Below, in pieces: positions 23,118 through 35,015 of a stretch of DNA of 64,000 nt. The first letter of the stretch is position 1, and each line of letters opens with the position of its first letter. Source of the stretch: Schizochytrium sp. TIO01 (taxonomy: Eukaryota > Protista > Bigyra: Labyrinthulomycetes); assembly GCA_004764695.1 (NCBI GenBank), contig SMSO01000005.1:124001-188000 (forward strand). Direction: 5' to 3'. Position numbers and translations under genes: made by a program. A model generated the notes under the pieces. That model saw nothing but the letters and a program-made list of their open reading frames with translations, was not told where the DNA came from and did no database searches.

Positions 23118-24893
23118 TCAGTGTTTTTTCGTGCCCTGATACATGGTCAAATCCAGGGCGCTCTTGTCTACAGGCTGACGATTTGCAAGTCGCCAAGACA
23201 ATTTCAGAATACGAATGCAGCCTGAGGCGTCACCTGTTGCTACAAAACCACGCGTGCGCTTGTTGAATGATAGGCTGTGCAATGCCGTCTCCTTTTCCTT
23301 GGATCCTTGGAGCACTGTGACTGGTGCATCGGTAGATTGACTCAAGTCATAGACATACACATGTCCAGAACTCGAGCAGGCAGCAAATACAGCAGGACGG
23401 TGAGGCGACCACGCCGCACTAAAGAGGGCGTGTGTAGCAGACATTTGTGGTTCAAAATCAAGCACAGGTGCGCGCTCTAACAATGAATAAATACGCAAGT
23501 GCCCATCAGCACCACAAGAGAGAAATGCATTTCGATGAAACGGAGAACAAGCTACTGCATGTACAGGCCCGACGTGGGGTGTGTACTTAAAACGAATACC
23601 GCTTTTGAACATGAAGTTTTCTGAGCCCGAGGCCTCATACACGGTTGGTGTGTCAATCTGTGATAAACCTTCAACCTCTGCATAACGTTCAGCATTCGAA
23701 CGCAAAACTGCCCGGTCCTTCACCTCAGCAGCCAAAAGTATGTCTTGAGCATCTGTAGTCCACTTGTTACTGCGAACACCAAGGCTCGCCCTTGCTTTGG
23801 ACCCTGCAGCTAGATCTGGCATATTTCGCATTGTGCAACGACATAATCCACCAGCTTCTGTACCAGCAATAAACCCAGCAGTTAACCCAGTAGCACTAGA
23901 GGTTTGCTGGCATATGTCGAAAGCTATTCCGCCAAGTGTTCGAGCAGCACGACTTTCTGAAGCTAAGAGTACACCTTGCAATGGTCCTAGCATATCACCT
24001 TCAGGAGACCAAAACAATACTCGACCTTCAGCACTAATAGATGCTAGCATATGATCACTCTCACCTGCTCTATGCGGAATCCATCGCAACATCATGACGG
24101 GTTCACGATGGCAATATGCTTCGATACGCGAGCAAGCTACCAAAGGGTCTTCTTGATTAAAATCAAGAATTAGAATCTCGCCGTTGAAGGTACCAGCGGC
24201 GACCACGGATGGCCTGGTAGGGTGGCCCTGTACGCACATAACGCCACATTCTACCGTGAACCGAAAGTCAGGGTCTGAGGTTTCCAACTCCTCAGGCTCT
24301 TTATGGAAAACATTCCACAAACAAACTGAGCCTCGGTGTGCGCACCATCCAAAGCTGTCAAAGCGTCCAAAAGAAGCAATAACCTGTGAGCCTGTAGCGT
24401 TCCAGGATACACTAGTGCAAGCAAGCTCATCAGCGTCTTCAACTGAACCTGAAGGGCGCGTGATGGTGCAGAATACATGCCCAGCCTCCACACTTGGCGC
24501 TGGTTCTGCGCTGGGTACAGCGGCAGACATGTTTGCGTGGTCATTCCTTCGTAATTCATTTTCCATTTGCCGTCTTGCCGAGCTCAGCCACTTAGAGAGA
24601 AGCTTTGCATCTTCATTGAGATCTCTGTCAAAATTCTCTGCGTTATTATTGTTTTCGTCATAATTATCCTTCGTTTCGTCAAGCTCTTCATTGTGTTTGC
24701 CCTCAGTTTCGCTCACCGTTAGGTCTTGCGTTTGCACATCTGCCTCTGCATATGTCACGCTTTGCACTGCAACTTCATGCGTCTCCACAGGCCCAGCTTG
24801 AACCCTTCGATTCACTTGGCGCTCCCGCAAGCTTCGCTTCCACACACTCGAGATGTTCGCGCTTTCGCCATCAACGTCTTCAAAACGCAACAT
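23118..24893 (-). CDS. WDR34: WD40 cytoplasmic dynein-2 intermediate chain (WDR34/DYNC2I2-like)
   Basis: SVSWNATGSQVIASFGRFD..GW, AAGTFNGE, HREPV, PHVGPVHAVACSPFHRNAFLS and WSPHRPAVFA. The N-terminal VQT motif resembles an LC8-binding site. Confidence 0.88.
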   Translation of the reverse strand: MLRFEDVDGESANISSVWKRSLRERQVNRRVQAGPVETHEVAVQSVTYAEADVQTQDLTVSETEGKHNEELDETKDNYDENNNNAENFDRDLNEDAKLLSKWLSSARRQMENELRRNDHANMSAAVPSAEPAPSVEAGHVFCTITRPSGSVEDADELACTSVSWNATGSQVIASFGRFDSFGWCAHRGSVCLWNVFHKEPEELETSDPDFRFTVECGVMCVQGHPTRPSVVAAGTFNGEILILDFNQEDPLVACSRIEAYCHREPVMMLRWIPHRAGESDHMLASISAEGRVLFWSPEGDMLGPLQGVLLASESRAARTLGGIAFDICQQTSSATGLTAGFIAGTEAGGLCRCTMRNMPDLAAGSKARASLGVRSNKWTTDAQDILLAAEVKDRAVLRSNAERYAEVEGLSQIDTPTVYEASGSENFMFKSGIRFKYTPHVGPVHAVACSPFHRNAFLSCGADGHLRIYSLLERAPVLDFEPQMSATHALFSAAWSPHRPAVFAACSSSGHVYVYDLSQSTDAPVTVLQGSKEKETALHSLSFNKRTRGFVATGDASGCIRILKLSWRLANRQPVDKSALDLTMYQGTKKH

Positions 24894-26057
24894 CCTCCTC
24901 GCCTATCCCCGTGTGCAGTTTCAACTTCAACTTCAACTTCTCTAGGTCTGTGCCAATCGTATATCCTCCTCTGTCCAAGCTAAGCCATGCACGTGACCTT
25001 TGACCCTTGGCAATCACTCTTCCTCAAGTTTTCTTCGTTTGGTCTCCTTCGTTTTCACCACATTGATTTCTTTGCTTGTTCTATTGAAAAACAGCCTTTC
25101 TCGTGAACGGTCAACTCGGGTCACCTTAATTGTGTCCCTTTCCCCTACAACTTTATTAACTGTTTCTAACTTCGTTTTGCATGCAATGGGTCTGAGGCCT
25201 ACCTATCCTCTACTTTCAGGGAAACCTAAGTTAACGATGGCTCAGCCGTTCTGCACGAGAGATTCCACTCAGCTGTCAGCTTCGTCATAGCGCCGTGCGG
25301 GAGTTGTCTCGCTCTCTACATTTCATTCTGCACAATACCAGGTGCAAGTGAGTTATAGATCTCATGAAACTAGGTTATAGCGTCCCCCACAAGTACGCTA
25401 TAAGTGATATAAAGGGCATTGCAGACCTAAACCCCACTTTCCCATCGTACGTATCCCTCTTTCACCTTGCTCTGCTTCTCAGCATTGTACCCCTCTATAT
25501 CAATATGTATCCTCTTACGGTGACTCTGTGGGAGGTCATTGTGGAATAATTTGGTTTCCGAAATAGGCCCTGCATTTCACTACCATGGAAGAGCTGATCA
25601 AAGAAAAGAGAGTGACGAACTCCGGCCTGCTCGCAATCCCCCTCCGCCTCTTCGCGAGGCCACTCTGCCTTGGGCCCACCTGCCAAAGTGCAACCAGTGC
25701 TGACCTGAACGAGGCTGCGGAATCTCTGGTCACCGCCTTGAGCGCCCTCAAGCTGACAAAGCGTCGCCCGGAGATCGGCCGGATTCAGCTTTCTCCGTCG
25801 ACTCGAGGCTCTCTCTGACCATTATTATTGATATTATATTGTAACTCCCAAAGTCACAGAGCACCGAAGATTCCACGCTGGCACGAGCGCTAGACTAGCG
25901 TATTCCTGTGTGTTTGTGAACATTTCTTGAACCAGATCACGAAGCAAAATTTATCGTATCACAGGCAGCAGGTCGGAACTGAAGAAGTGAGTTCCGGAAG
26001 ACCTTTCCTATACACATAACGATTTGGCGTGGAATTAGGCTCGCTCCACTACTATTC

Positions 26058-27496
26058 ATGATGCCGCGGCCTTGTCAAGGGCGCGCGGCGAAATCACCAA
26101 GTGCAGCGTGGCTGTTGGCACTTTTTCTAGCAACTTTAGCATCGGTGACCTCGATATCAGATGCCATGATCCTTACCGACCCGTGCTGCTACAGCTTCAA
26201 ACACATGCCCGCCGCTTTTGGACCTCGGTATGCAGGTCATGCTGGTGTTGGAGGCAAACTTTATGATACAAGCGTAGACGATGACAGATTTATGTGCGAC
26301 ACCAGCTCTCAGAACGCAAATGTGCTCGACAAGGTTGCCTTCATTCCTCGCGGAAGGTGCAGGTTCGTGGATAAGGTTCTTAAAGCCCAGGAGAGCGGCG
26401 CAAAGGCCGCTGTTATATACAACACTGAGCCTCCTCTAGATGGCTACACTCTTGTGCACATGTCTGTGGATGATCCCTCTGAGGCGACCTCTGTATCAAT
26501 TCCTGCTGTCTTTGTGTCGTTTCTCAGCGCGGAGACTCTCTTTGAGCTCCTCGACGAGAACAACGAAGTGCTCGACGTCTTCATCAACGGTACAGATGAG
26601 TATGATCATCATTATACGACGAGACTCCTGCGTTCATGAGCTCCATTCTCTTTATGCTGCAACTTCTGATGATCGTTTGGTCGATCATTGCAATTTTCTA
26701 CCTTGTGAACTGGGTGCGTCTGCATCTCGCTCGGCGTCGCAGGCTCGAAGTTGTGCGTAAGCTGCCTACGCGTATATACCGTTCGGGCGAAGCTAATGAC
26801 AGCGTTTCCATCGATCTTGATCAGAATGCTAATGGAGACGTCGATAGTCCCGGAGCTGCAGGCGCTGCCTCTGCGAGGGTTGCTCCTTCTTATGAGATAG
26901 TGTCTAGTGCAGAAGATTTACAGCCTATCGGAGACCACCTCGAGCTTGTGGATATGGGTACGCCTGTGGTACCTTCGTCAGATGATGAACGCCACCCTCG
27001 CCACCCTGAGCACCATCGCGTTCCTGTGGATGAGGTCGAGGTAGACTTGACTACTGCAGGCGTGACACGCTCTGCAGCAGGCGCGGGCACTGCATCATTA
27101 GCGGTTGGTGCTGGATCCTCATCATCAACGGGCTCTGGCGCACAGCCAACATCTTCGCGCTTCACAGACTATTTTGCTTGCGAGAATTGCGTTATTTGTA
27201 TTTGCGACTTTGAGGATGGTGAAAAACTCACTGTGCTCCCCTGTGGCCATGGTTATCACAAGGAGTGTATTGAGCCTTGGCTTATTCATAAGTCTGCTCT
27301 TTGCCCGATCTGTAAGCAGAGTATTTTACCCTCTGGCGATTCACGTTCACTTGACGAAATTGCTGCCGCTGATGCTACAAATTCTAACGCCGAGGACTCA
27401 AGTGAAGCATCTCGCTCGGTTGCTATTATCCTCGCAGGTGTAGTAGCTATAGCGACTGGCTCGACATTACTATACTTCATGCAGGCTGATGCTTAA
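26058..27496 (+). CDS. PA-TM-RING-H2 E3 ubiquitin ligase (RNF13/RMR-like), split by a frame break near 26612-26639
   Basis: ORF1 has a signal peptide and a PA domain (PAAFGP, RGRCRFVDKVLKAQESGAKAAVIYN, IPAVFVS). ORF2 has a TM helix and a RING-H2 (CVICICDFEDGEKLTVLPCGHGYHKECIEPWL...CPICK). Confidence 0.88.
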
Positions 27497-28904
27497 ATTC
27501 AGAGTTTCATAAGGCTCCCCCCCCTCTCTTTCTCTCTCTCTCTCCAAAATTTGCGTATTAACGCTTGTAGCAGGCAGTTTCGATGTCTTGTCAGAAATCC
27601 CCATTGCACAAGCCGTCGAGGTTGTGCTTTTGTTCTCGTTACCGTGTGTTTTCTGCAGAAAGGCCCGATTCTTTGCCAACATGTCATTTACAGCATCATT
27701 CAAATATACCATCGTATTATGGTACATTGTTGTGTGGATCTTATGGCAGTGTGTAACATCATCATCTCTTCTCTTCATTTCCGTATCGCCAATTTCTTTG
27801 ATTTTCTATAGTTGTTTTCTAAGAAATGTTTTTAAAGTAAAAGAAAGGTAACCAACCCACCTCGCAGAGCTTTCTGTTTCCGTCTGAATAATGACAGAGC
27901 ATTGAAGGACCAAATACTTTTCGGTATCTTGCAGATCTCTTGATTGCCTTATATTTGCACGTTCTGTTTTTTTTTTAAGTTTTTTAATTTTAAAAAAGAG
28001 GTTCTAAAACCACCAAGTGCTATGTTATCAGTTTTGCTGTTTTCAAGGTCAACAGGTAAAAGAGTAGAGTGGGTAGGCATGCATGAATAGTCACGTTCGT
28101 TTAAAACTGTTTCCTTTAAAGTAGAACTCTCATTTCTGAGGTCGATAGATAAGACTGATCATACATTTGACTTAACCAATCAGTTTGTAATATGTGGGTG
28201 TTAGTAGAATGGACAGAACTTGTCATTCTGACAGAATAAAGCTGGCAAAAACCGCTGAAAGAGTTTATAAAGTACTGCAAAAAAAAAGTAAAAAAATTAA
28301 TGCGAGTTGGGATAAAGGGGTTGGTTGACTGGTTAAAAAGCTTTCTTATGCTTCTCAAAAATTGCATTGGCATGGTGTCAGGTATAATACTCTGACTTGT
28401 ACAATTCACTTCAATAACAATGGATTGAGAAAAACACGTGGCGGAAGGATCCACCAAGAAGAAATAGAGGCATCGACGTGAGGAAGGTATAACATTCCAA
28501 CAACAGTAGTGGCTTCTTTCGTTGCTTGGGTTTTTGATGCCATATGCAAATATAAATTCTCTGACGGCAAAATCCCAAAGCAAAAGGTGAAACTACACAA
28601 TAGAAATAAAGAAGAACGTTTTGCGTTCACGCATTGAATGAGCCATCATGCTCGTCTACCTATGTAGAAACGGTTTAGATCATCAACACATGGCGAGGAA
28701 AAGAAGGAGGGAAAGCCGGGTCCTAGCAAACAGAAGAAACAAGAAAATGGGAGAAGGGGGCCAGCAGCAGAGGAGATGTTTGTGACAATCAGCCGCGAGA
28801 TGAGAGATTAAGTAGTCCATTTTCTTCTTTTGTGGCTTTTAATGAAGAAAGGGAGCGAGAGAGCGAGTGCATCGTATGTGTGTATGCGTTTCGACAACAA
28901 AAAC

Positions 28905-29739
28905 TTATCTGCGCTTCTTGCCCTTCTTCTTCTTGGATTTACCTGAGGGTGCCGCCCCGGCACTCCCGGCTGCATTCTGGGCCGTGGCTCCAGTCTTAGA
29001 ATCCTTTGTTTCTTCTCCTTTGGCCTTTTTGTTGACACTTTCGCCTTCGTCCTGATCCATAATTTCAGTGCCAGCTCCGCTTTCCAATCGAGGCCGCTTG
29101 ACGCCAGTGCATGCCGAGAAGAACCATTCAGTGAGCTCAGAGAGAATGTAGATCTGTGCGCGCTCGTCAGTTTCGTGGGTGAGGCAGATCTGGTCGTCGG
29201 TCATCTTGGCAACCACGCGGCCAAGTCTGTTCACATATTTCAAGCTGTACCGGACGTTCTCGCCATTTTTCAATGCAAGTTCCTTGGCACGAAATACAAA
29301 CTCCTCGACTTCATCAATGTGCCTAAAATGATAGCATGAGTGATTTCGCCGGTCGGTTATAGATCGTCATCATTTTGAAAGCCACAGATGTATACAAATT
29401 TATCTCCAGTTCAAGATTTGGATTCCCATTCGAAAGATAAAACCAAAGTTAGTCTTCTGCTGTCTGTTCACCACCCTTGACATTACGATTTGGAGCGCAT
29501 GCTGCTGCTGTGCCTTGGCACCTTAATCTGCAGAACCTCCCTTCCGTCCATTGAGCCCAACCAAGATACTGGTTAAGAAAAAAGAAGCTCGTCCAAGCTC
29601 CAGCCAGCTAGCTTCGTCGCTCTGCATGCGGGCCTGCTAGGTCTGATTTCCCACTTCGGAGGACACAAGGTGTCTTCTGTCTTTAGGCCGATCAAGGATA
29701 CAGAGGAGCAGATGCTGCTTTCAAGCCTACTTACACCAT
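28905..29739 (-). CDS. SRP9: Signal recognition particle Alu-domain protein SRP9 (coding exons 29735-29739 and 28905-29322)
   Basis: ATGGT|GTAAGT...TTTTAG|GCAC splicing gives MVHIDEVEEFVFRAKELALKNGENVRYSLKYVNRLGRVVAKMTDDQICLTHETD. This matches the SRP9 pattern (EF..L..RY..KY...G....K.TD...CL...TD). 140 aa. Confidence 0.85.
29323..29734 (-). other. Spliceosomal intron of SRP9 (412 nt)
   Basis: GTAAGT donor and TTTTAG acceptor. The phase-2 join is in frame. Confidence 0.82.
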
Positions 29740-31866
29740 CTTGACCTCGCGTGACGCTTGCTCAGCGTCCGTAAACTTCGTCTGGAGCGTATTCGCGAGC
29801 ACCGTCGCTCGTCTATTTGTCTTTTTTTCTTCTTTTTTTTTTTCAGCGGGCGCCCTCCATACTATACTTGTATATACTTTCAAATGCTCCTCTTATGTGT
29901 TCATCATTTACTACAGACTTAATATGCAGAAAGAGGGTGCTCCGTCTGTTTCCATACAGGCTGTCCACGTTAATACTACGGAGCAGAGTCGTTCTCGAAG
30001 TTCTCCATTTTGATGTTCCTTTTGTTCCGTTCCACCCTAAATGGCTCAAAAAGAGGGCTTAAATAAGAGGCCCAAACCCTGTGGAATAGGCCTCTTCCTA
30101 CATCCACTCATTGTTCATCGCTGAGACGCGTTAAAATGGAGATTGTCGGGAGTTGCGGATCTTTTTCATTGCACTTAGGAGTTAGGAGTAGTTATTGGCT
30201 ACTAAGCTTTCGCAAGAGCAATTGCTCTTGAAGAGATGGCAGATTTCAATGTTGAAGGTACCCCAGATGTCGCGTGTTTGAGAGCTTAGTCACTTCGCAG
30301 ACTTTAGTTAAACCCATGCCTTTGGTATGCGCGACCACCTAGCGGCCCGAGATTTGCAGTTGCGCAGAGACTTTAAAGTTTTCGAGCTTTACATAAACAA
30401 GGTTTGGGCGAACCAGCAAAATGTAGGACATACAATTTCTCAAAGCAAAAAGAGTTTTAAAATAGTATTCTTTTACCATCATTTTTAACTGTTTTTATTT
30501 AATTTTTCAATTTAATTTTAAAAAAAATAGTAACTATAAACTCATATAGGTTTACTCCTACGAATTTGCATACATTCTATTATGATTAAAACTTTTAAAA
30601 AAGGGGGAGATGGGGGGGGAATTATTTTCATCGCTAAAACTATTACTTTAAGATAAAAATTAAGACAGGGCCAAACAAAAAGCATGGCAACCTTCTTCAA
30701 GATTGCCGCCCTTCAAGATGGTCTTCTCCGCCGTCATCCGCTCTGCTCCTCTCCTGCCACCCCCCGTTGGTCTCCATGGTTTCTTCTGCCTGGTTGGTTC
30801 TCCCCTGCGCTACGCAAGTCTGGCGTCCATCTCTCCCAGGTTTGCGTGCTCACAGAAGCGCCTTCGCGGCCTTCGCTCACTCCAGAGTCGTCTCTCTCTC
30901 TCTCGGCCCGCATAAGTAAGTTACTGACTCACTCATATTTACTTATTTTATATTTTATATTTGCTCAGATTTACTTACTCATCTCAATCGCTGCTGCCAA
31001 CGAGCGGAGAGCCGCAGGCCTCGAAGCCATCCTCGCATTCGTACACCCAGAGTCAGAGTCAGAGTCAGAGTCGCAGTCGGAGTCGCGGAGCATGGTTTCA
31101 AGCTCTGCTCTGACCTTTCTCTGTGAATGGAGGCGCCTTTCAAAGCGCAGCTGAGCTCACAGATACACAGACATACATACACACATACATACATATATAC
31201 ATTTATACATACACACACACTCGCTCAGTTAAACTCCCTTGAGCTCACTGGAGCTCGCTTGCTCGGTGCGGAGTTTTCACGGTGGCGTTATTGAGGGCCT
31301 TCCCCTGCTCCCTCCACGCAGACGGACGCCTGTGCGAGGCCGCCTTGAGCTGCTGCATCAGCCCACGCCCGCTGGCACTGGTTGAGTTCGCGCCTCTCGA
31401 ATTACACTCACTCACTCACTCACTGCCTTATTACGCGCCTCTCGAGTTTTATGTCCTATGTTTTCGAGCGCCATCTTTATCATCTTTACCTATCATGTTA
31501 TGCGCTGCGCCATAGGACATACAATGAATGACACAATGACACAATGACACAATAACACAATAGCACAATAATACGATAATATAGATAGATATATACATTC
31601 ATGCATACAGCATTCATCAATCCATATCCGTCGTGTATCCCGTACCTCCTGAATGCAGGACGTAGCTTTCGCCACTTTTTATCCGCGGCGGAGTCGCTCG
31701 CGGCCCATTTCACATTTCACGGAGCCTGCTCTGCTCTGCTGTGTCTGCTGTGCTGCTGCGGCGACCGACGTCACTGGCCTCACCATCGTCATCGCCTCTG
31801 CGCCGACATCACGAGCGGTCTCAGTGGGAGAGAGAGAGAGAGAAAGAGAGCACTTTGTAAGCTCCA

Positions 31867-31919
31867 TTTGTTTTGATTTGATTTGGTTTGATTTGATTTG
31901 ATTTGATTTGTTTTGATTT
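31867..31919. repeat. (TTTGA)n imperfect pentanucleotide microsatellite
   Basis: Read directly from the sequence. Confidence 0.85.
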
Positions 31920-31971
31920 ATTTACGGAATGGAAAGCACCAAAAGCACTAAATGGCATGACTGACTGACTC

Positions 31972-31975
<4 letters not shown>

Positions 31976-32006
<31 letters not shown>
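31976..32006. repeat. (AG)n microsatellite
   Basis: Read directly from the sequence. Confidence 0.95.
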
Positions 32007-32009
<3 letters not shown>

Positions 32010-34971
32010 AAAGAAAGCTTCATGGGCCTGGTAATGGCAGGAGACTGAATGGAGTCTCACGCGGTTTTGCTCGAGATTAACTGCGCCGTAGAAAGGTAAC
32101 CACCATCATCGGCGCCGTCGTTGACGTCATCCTCGCCTTCGGGCGTGTTACGCTTATTGGGAATTTCCCTCCATTTGTTTTTTTAATTAAAAAGAAAATA
32201 AGTATTGTTGTTTTTATTTGTATTATTACTATTTCATCGAAGCAGAGGCATCAGATGAGTGGGTCTTACGTTTCCATTGGGAAGATGAAGAATGGAGGAC
32301 TTGTAGCACCGCAGATTGTCGGTAGCAAGCATCAACATCAAGCCGCTAGGTCAGTCCATGTAATCGATCGTTAATTTCAACAGTGCGCAGAGCTTCTGAA
32401 TTCTAAAATCTGCGGTGCTGGAAGTCGGTTTAGCCAGAAGTAGCATTCATTTCATTTTTTCACTAGCTATTGGCGAATAGTAAAGAAGAGGATGTTGTTT
32501 CCCTGATTTGGTAAACCGGCCCACATTCAACTACCTTGTTTGCACTTTTTAATGAAGCATTGTCGCAGCGTCCTTGCTCTCGGATCCATTTGGACATGAC
32601 GCTTAAGATACTGAGAATGTGGAGTTCGATATCACAAGCGTCGAGCTTTGGATATGTTCTCTTTCCTTGCTTAAGAGGTCTTCTACTTCACTACGATGAC
32701 GCAGCTTCTGCTTGTTTGTTCGTGATTCTTTTTTCTTCTCTTTTACTTTCCCTGAAAATAAAGTAAAAATTAAATGGATGTGTAGACAGACCTTGATTGC
32801 AAGTCAACTTTAAGAAAACATAGAAACTCGAAAATTAGTGCTTAATTCAATCATGACCCCATTCTCGACTTATCATGCTGTGTGAGCGGCTGGCTTCAGT
32901 TGATGCGGATACGAATTTCAATTTTTTTTTTTCAGGATCTCCTTTCAGGATCTTCTTTCAGGATTATGTAACCTACCCCCTGGTCAGATAGATTAGTCAC
33001 GAGGAACTGATAGGAATCTCACGCCTTTAGGCGTGTAGAACCAAGGGTTTGGTTCTTTCATTTCTTCGAGGACTCTGTTTAATTCGTCGTCAGTCAGCCC
33101 GCACATGGATCGCGCGATCCACCATGAAAAATCTGTGAAAACCTTTGGTGACATTGGCGGTTTCCACGGATTATAGGCCGGAGATGAAGATCTCTTTTTA
33201 TTGTGTTATATTTCTTGTTCTCCCCGCTATCGGGATCCTCAAGCGATGTTTAACGGGTTCGTTGAACAGTCCAAAAGATATTCACTGAATAGAACTCGTG
33301 AGACTGGTTGGTTCTAGCTAGTGTTTTATCAATCAACTTACTTGCCTGAGCACCAAGCCATGGAAAGCTTGCAGCCTGGCATTACGCACTAAACTTATCG
33401 AATCAGCACCGTCATCATGGCGCTAATTCGCTCCTCCGGGCTTCGTCGACCAGCTTCGACCAAGCATCCCTCAAGCCAGAGAATTACAAAATCACCAGCT
33501 CGTGCATTTTAACAGATGACGCCGTTCACGTGCTGCACGTTTAAGCTTTCGTCTTACCTTACATCTTTCTTGCAGTCTGCGATGATAACCCGCTTCTCTT
33601 GGCCAACAGGACCAGCTGGAGCCAGCGATGACTCGACTTGAGTTGAGTTGACTTGACTTGACTCGGCGCTTCGCGAGCTGTGGCTGCGAGTTTCGGAAAC
33701 AACCCGGGTCCATGGCAGGCTCTGGGTGGGTAAAGACGTTCCGGTACCGCACGGTTCTCCAACCCCATATCAAAACAGCAAGAACCGAGGCGTGCCAACG
33801 TCTTCGGCTTTTCGAACCCCGTGGCCTACGGCTTCTTTCCTCGAGGCATCTTTCTTCGACCGGTGACTCAAGTGGCTACGGGGTGTGCGTCCAACGTTAA
33901 CATTGGTCTTGAGCAGCCTCGCCGCAGAGGCTTTCGTGAGCGAGGATTGGGCAGGATAGCTTTCGATCTCGAGCGACATTCGTGTTGCAATAATAAATAG
34001 TAAATAATAAAAATAATACACAATGTGGCAAAATAACAAATCGGTGGGAAAATCAGAATTTGAGCGAACCATGTCTTCGCAAGCCGGCTGGTTCTTTCAT
34101 CGGCTGTATATGAGGTTGGGCTCGTCGGGCGGGGGTCGAGGCGAAAAGAAGCCGTCGCGGCCTCGGCATCCAACTTGGAATATCCAGCTGGCTCAATAAC
34201 GAGAGATCATCATCATCATCATCATCATGGAGCGCATCGCGCCGAAGAGAAATAAGTACTCTGCGTCATGATTGCGTGACAAAAAAAATATAGAAAATAA
34301 ATAAAACCAGGGACCTCGGGACCTCTTGTCTTCAAAGCCAACTAGAAATGAAAACGCACTTGACTCGCAATCTGCATTTCGCACAGATTGCAAAGACCTG
34401 AGAAGCTGCCGTGCACAGAGAGCGGCAGCAGTATGGCTGAGTGTCGTGTCTTTTCAAGCTCGAACGGACTTTGGAGGGGTCACGGTTGGGCAATTTTGGT
34501 CGATCAATGATATGATCGCTCTTTTTATTTAAAGCTTGGTAAACAAGAAAAACTGTTCAATTACATCGTATTTTGTCAAAGCAAGTTTTGGTAATTTATA
34601 TGAATGTTGAGGAAGATTGGAAACGGCGACGGAAACTGATCCTTCCGGCATCGCGCAGGCAATCAGGGGCTCAGCCGGGGAGCTTTTGGAGATCGTAGCA
34701 CGTTCTTCTGCTGGTGCGCCGGCCACATATTGAATTTGGAGATGTCAGCCCAATTGCAAAGCTTATCATCGACTTCTTCGAATGCGGATGGTTTTCTGTG
34801 TTTTATTCTTTTTACATGAGTTTTTATTCCTCTTCTTCTATAAAGATTACGCTTTAAAAGTATTAAAAAAATCATTCTACCATGATTTTTTATTTTTTTT
34901 AAATCAGATTCCAATTTAATGTTAATTTTTATTTTAATCTTTAATTATAAACCTTTTAATTAATTAATTTA

Positions 34972-34975
<4 letters not shown>

Positions 34976-35012
<37 letters not shown>
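34976..35012. repeat. (AT)n microsatellite
   Basis: Read directly from the sequence. Confidence 0.95.

Positions 35013-35015
<3 letters not shown>

Noticed and set aside
25585-25818. 77 aa ORF with good ATG context upstream of the PA-RING gene
   Set aside because: No recognisable motif. It could be a uORF but is unsupported.
7011-26640. A shared programmed ribosomal frameshifting system behind the three frame breaks
   Set aside because: The directions differ (+1, +1, -1) and there is no common slippery or stop-adjacent motif. Indel errors are simpler.
28116-28630. 155 aa minus-strand ORF
   Set aside because: Non-ATG start, AT-rich and no motif.
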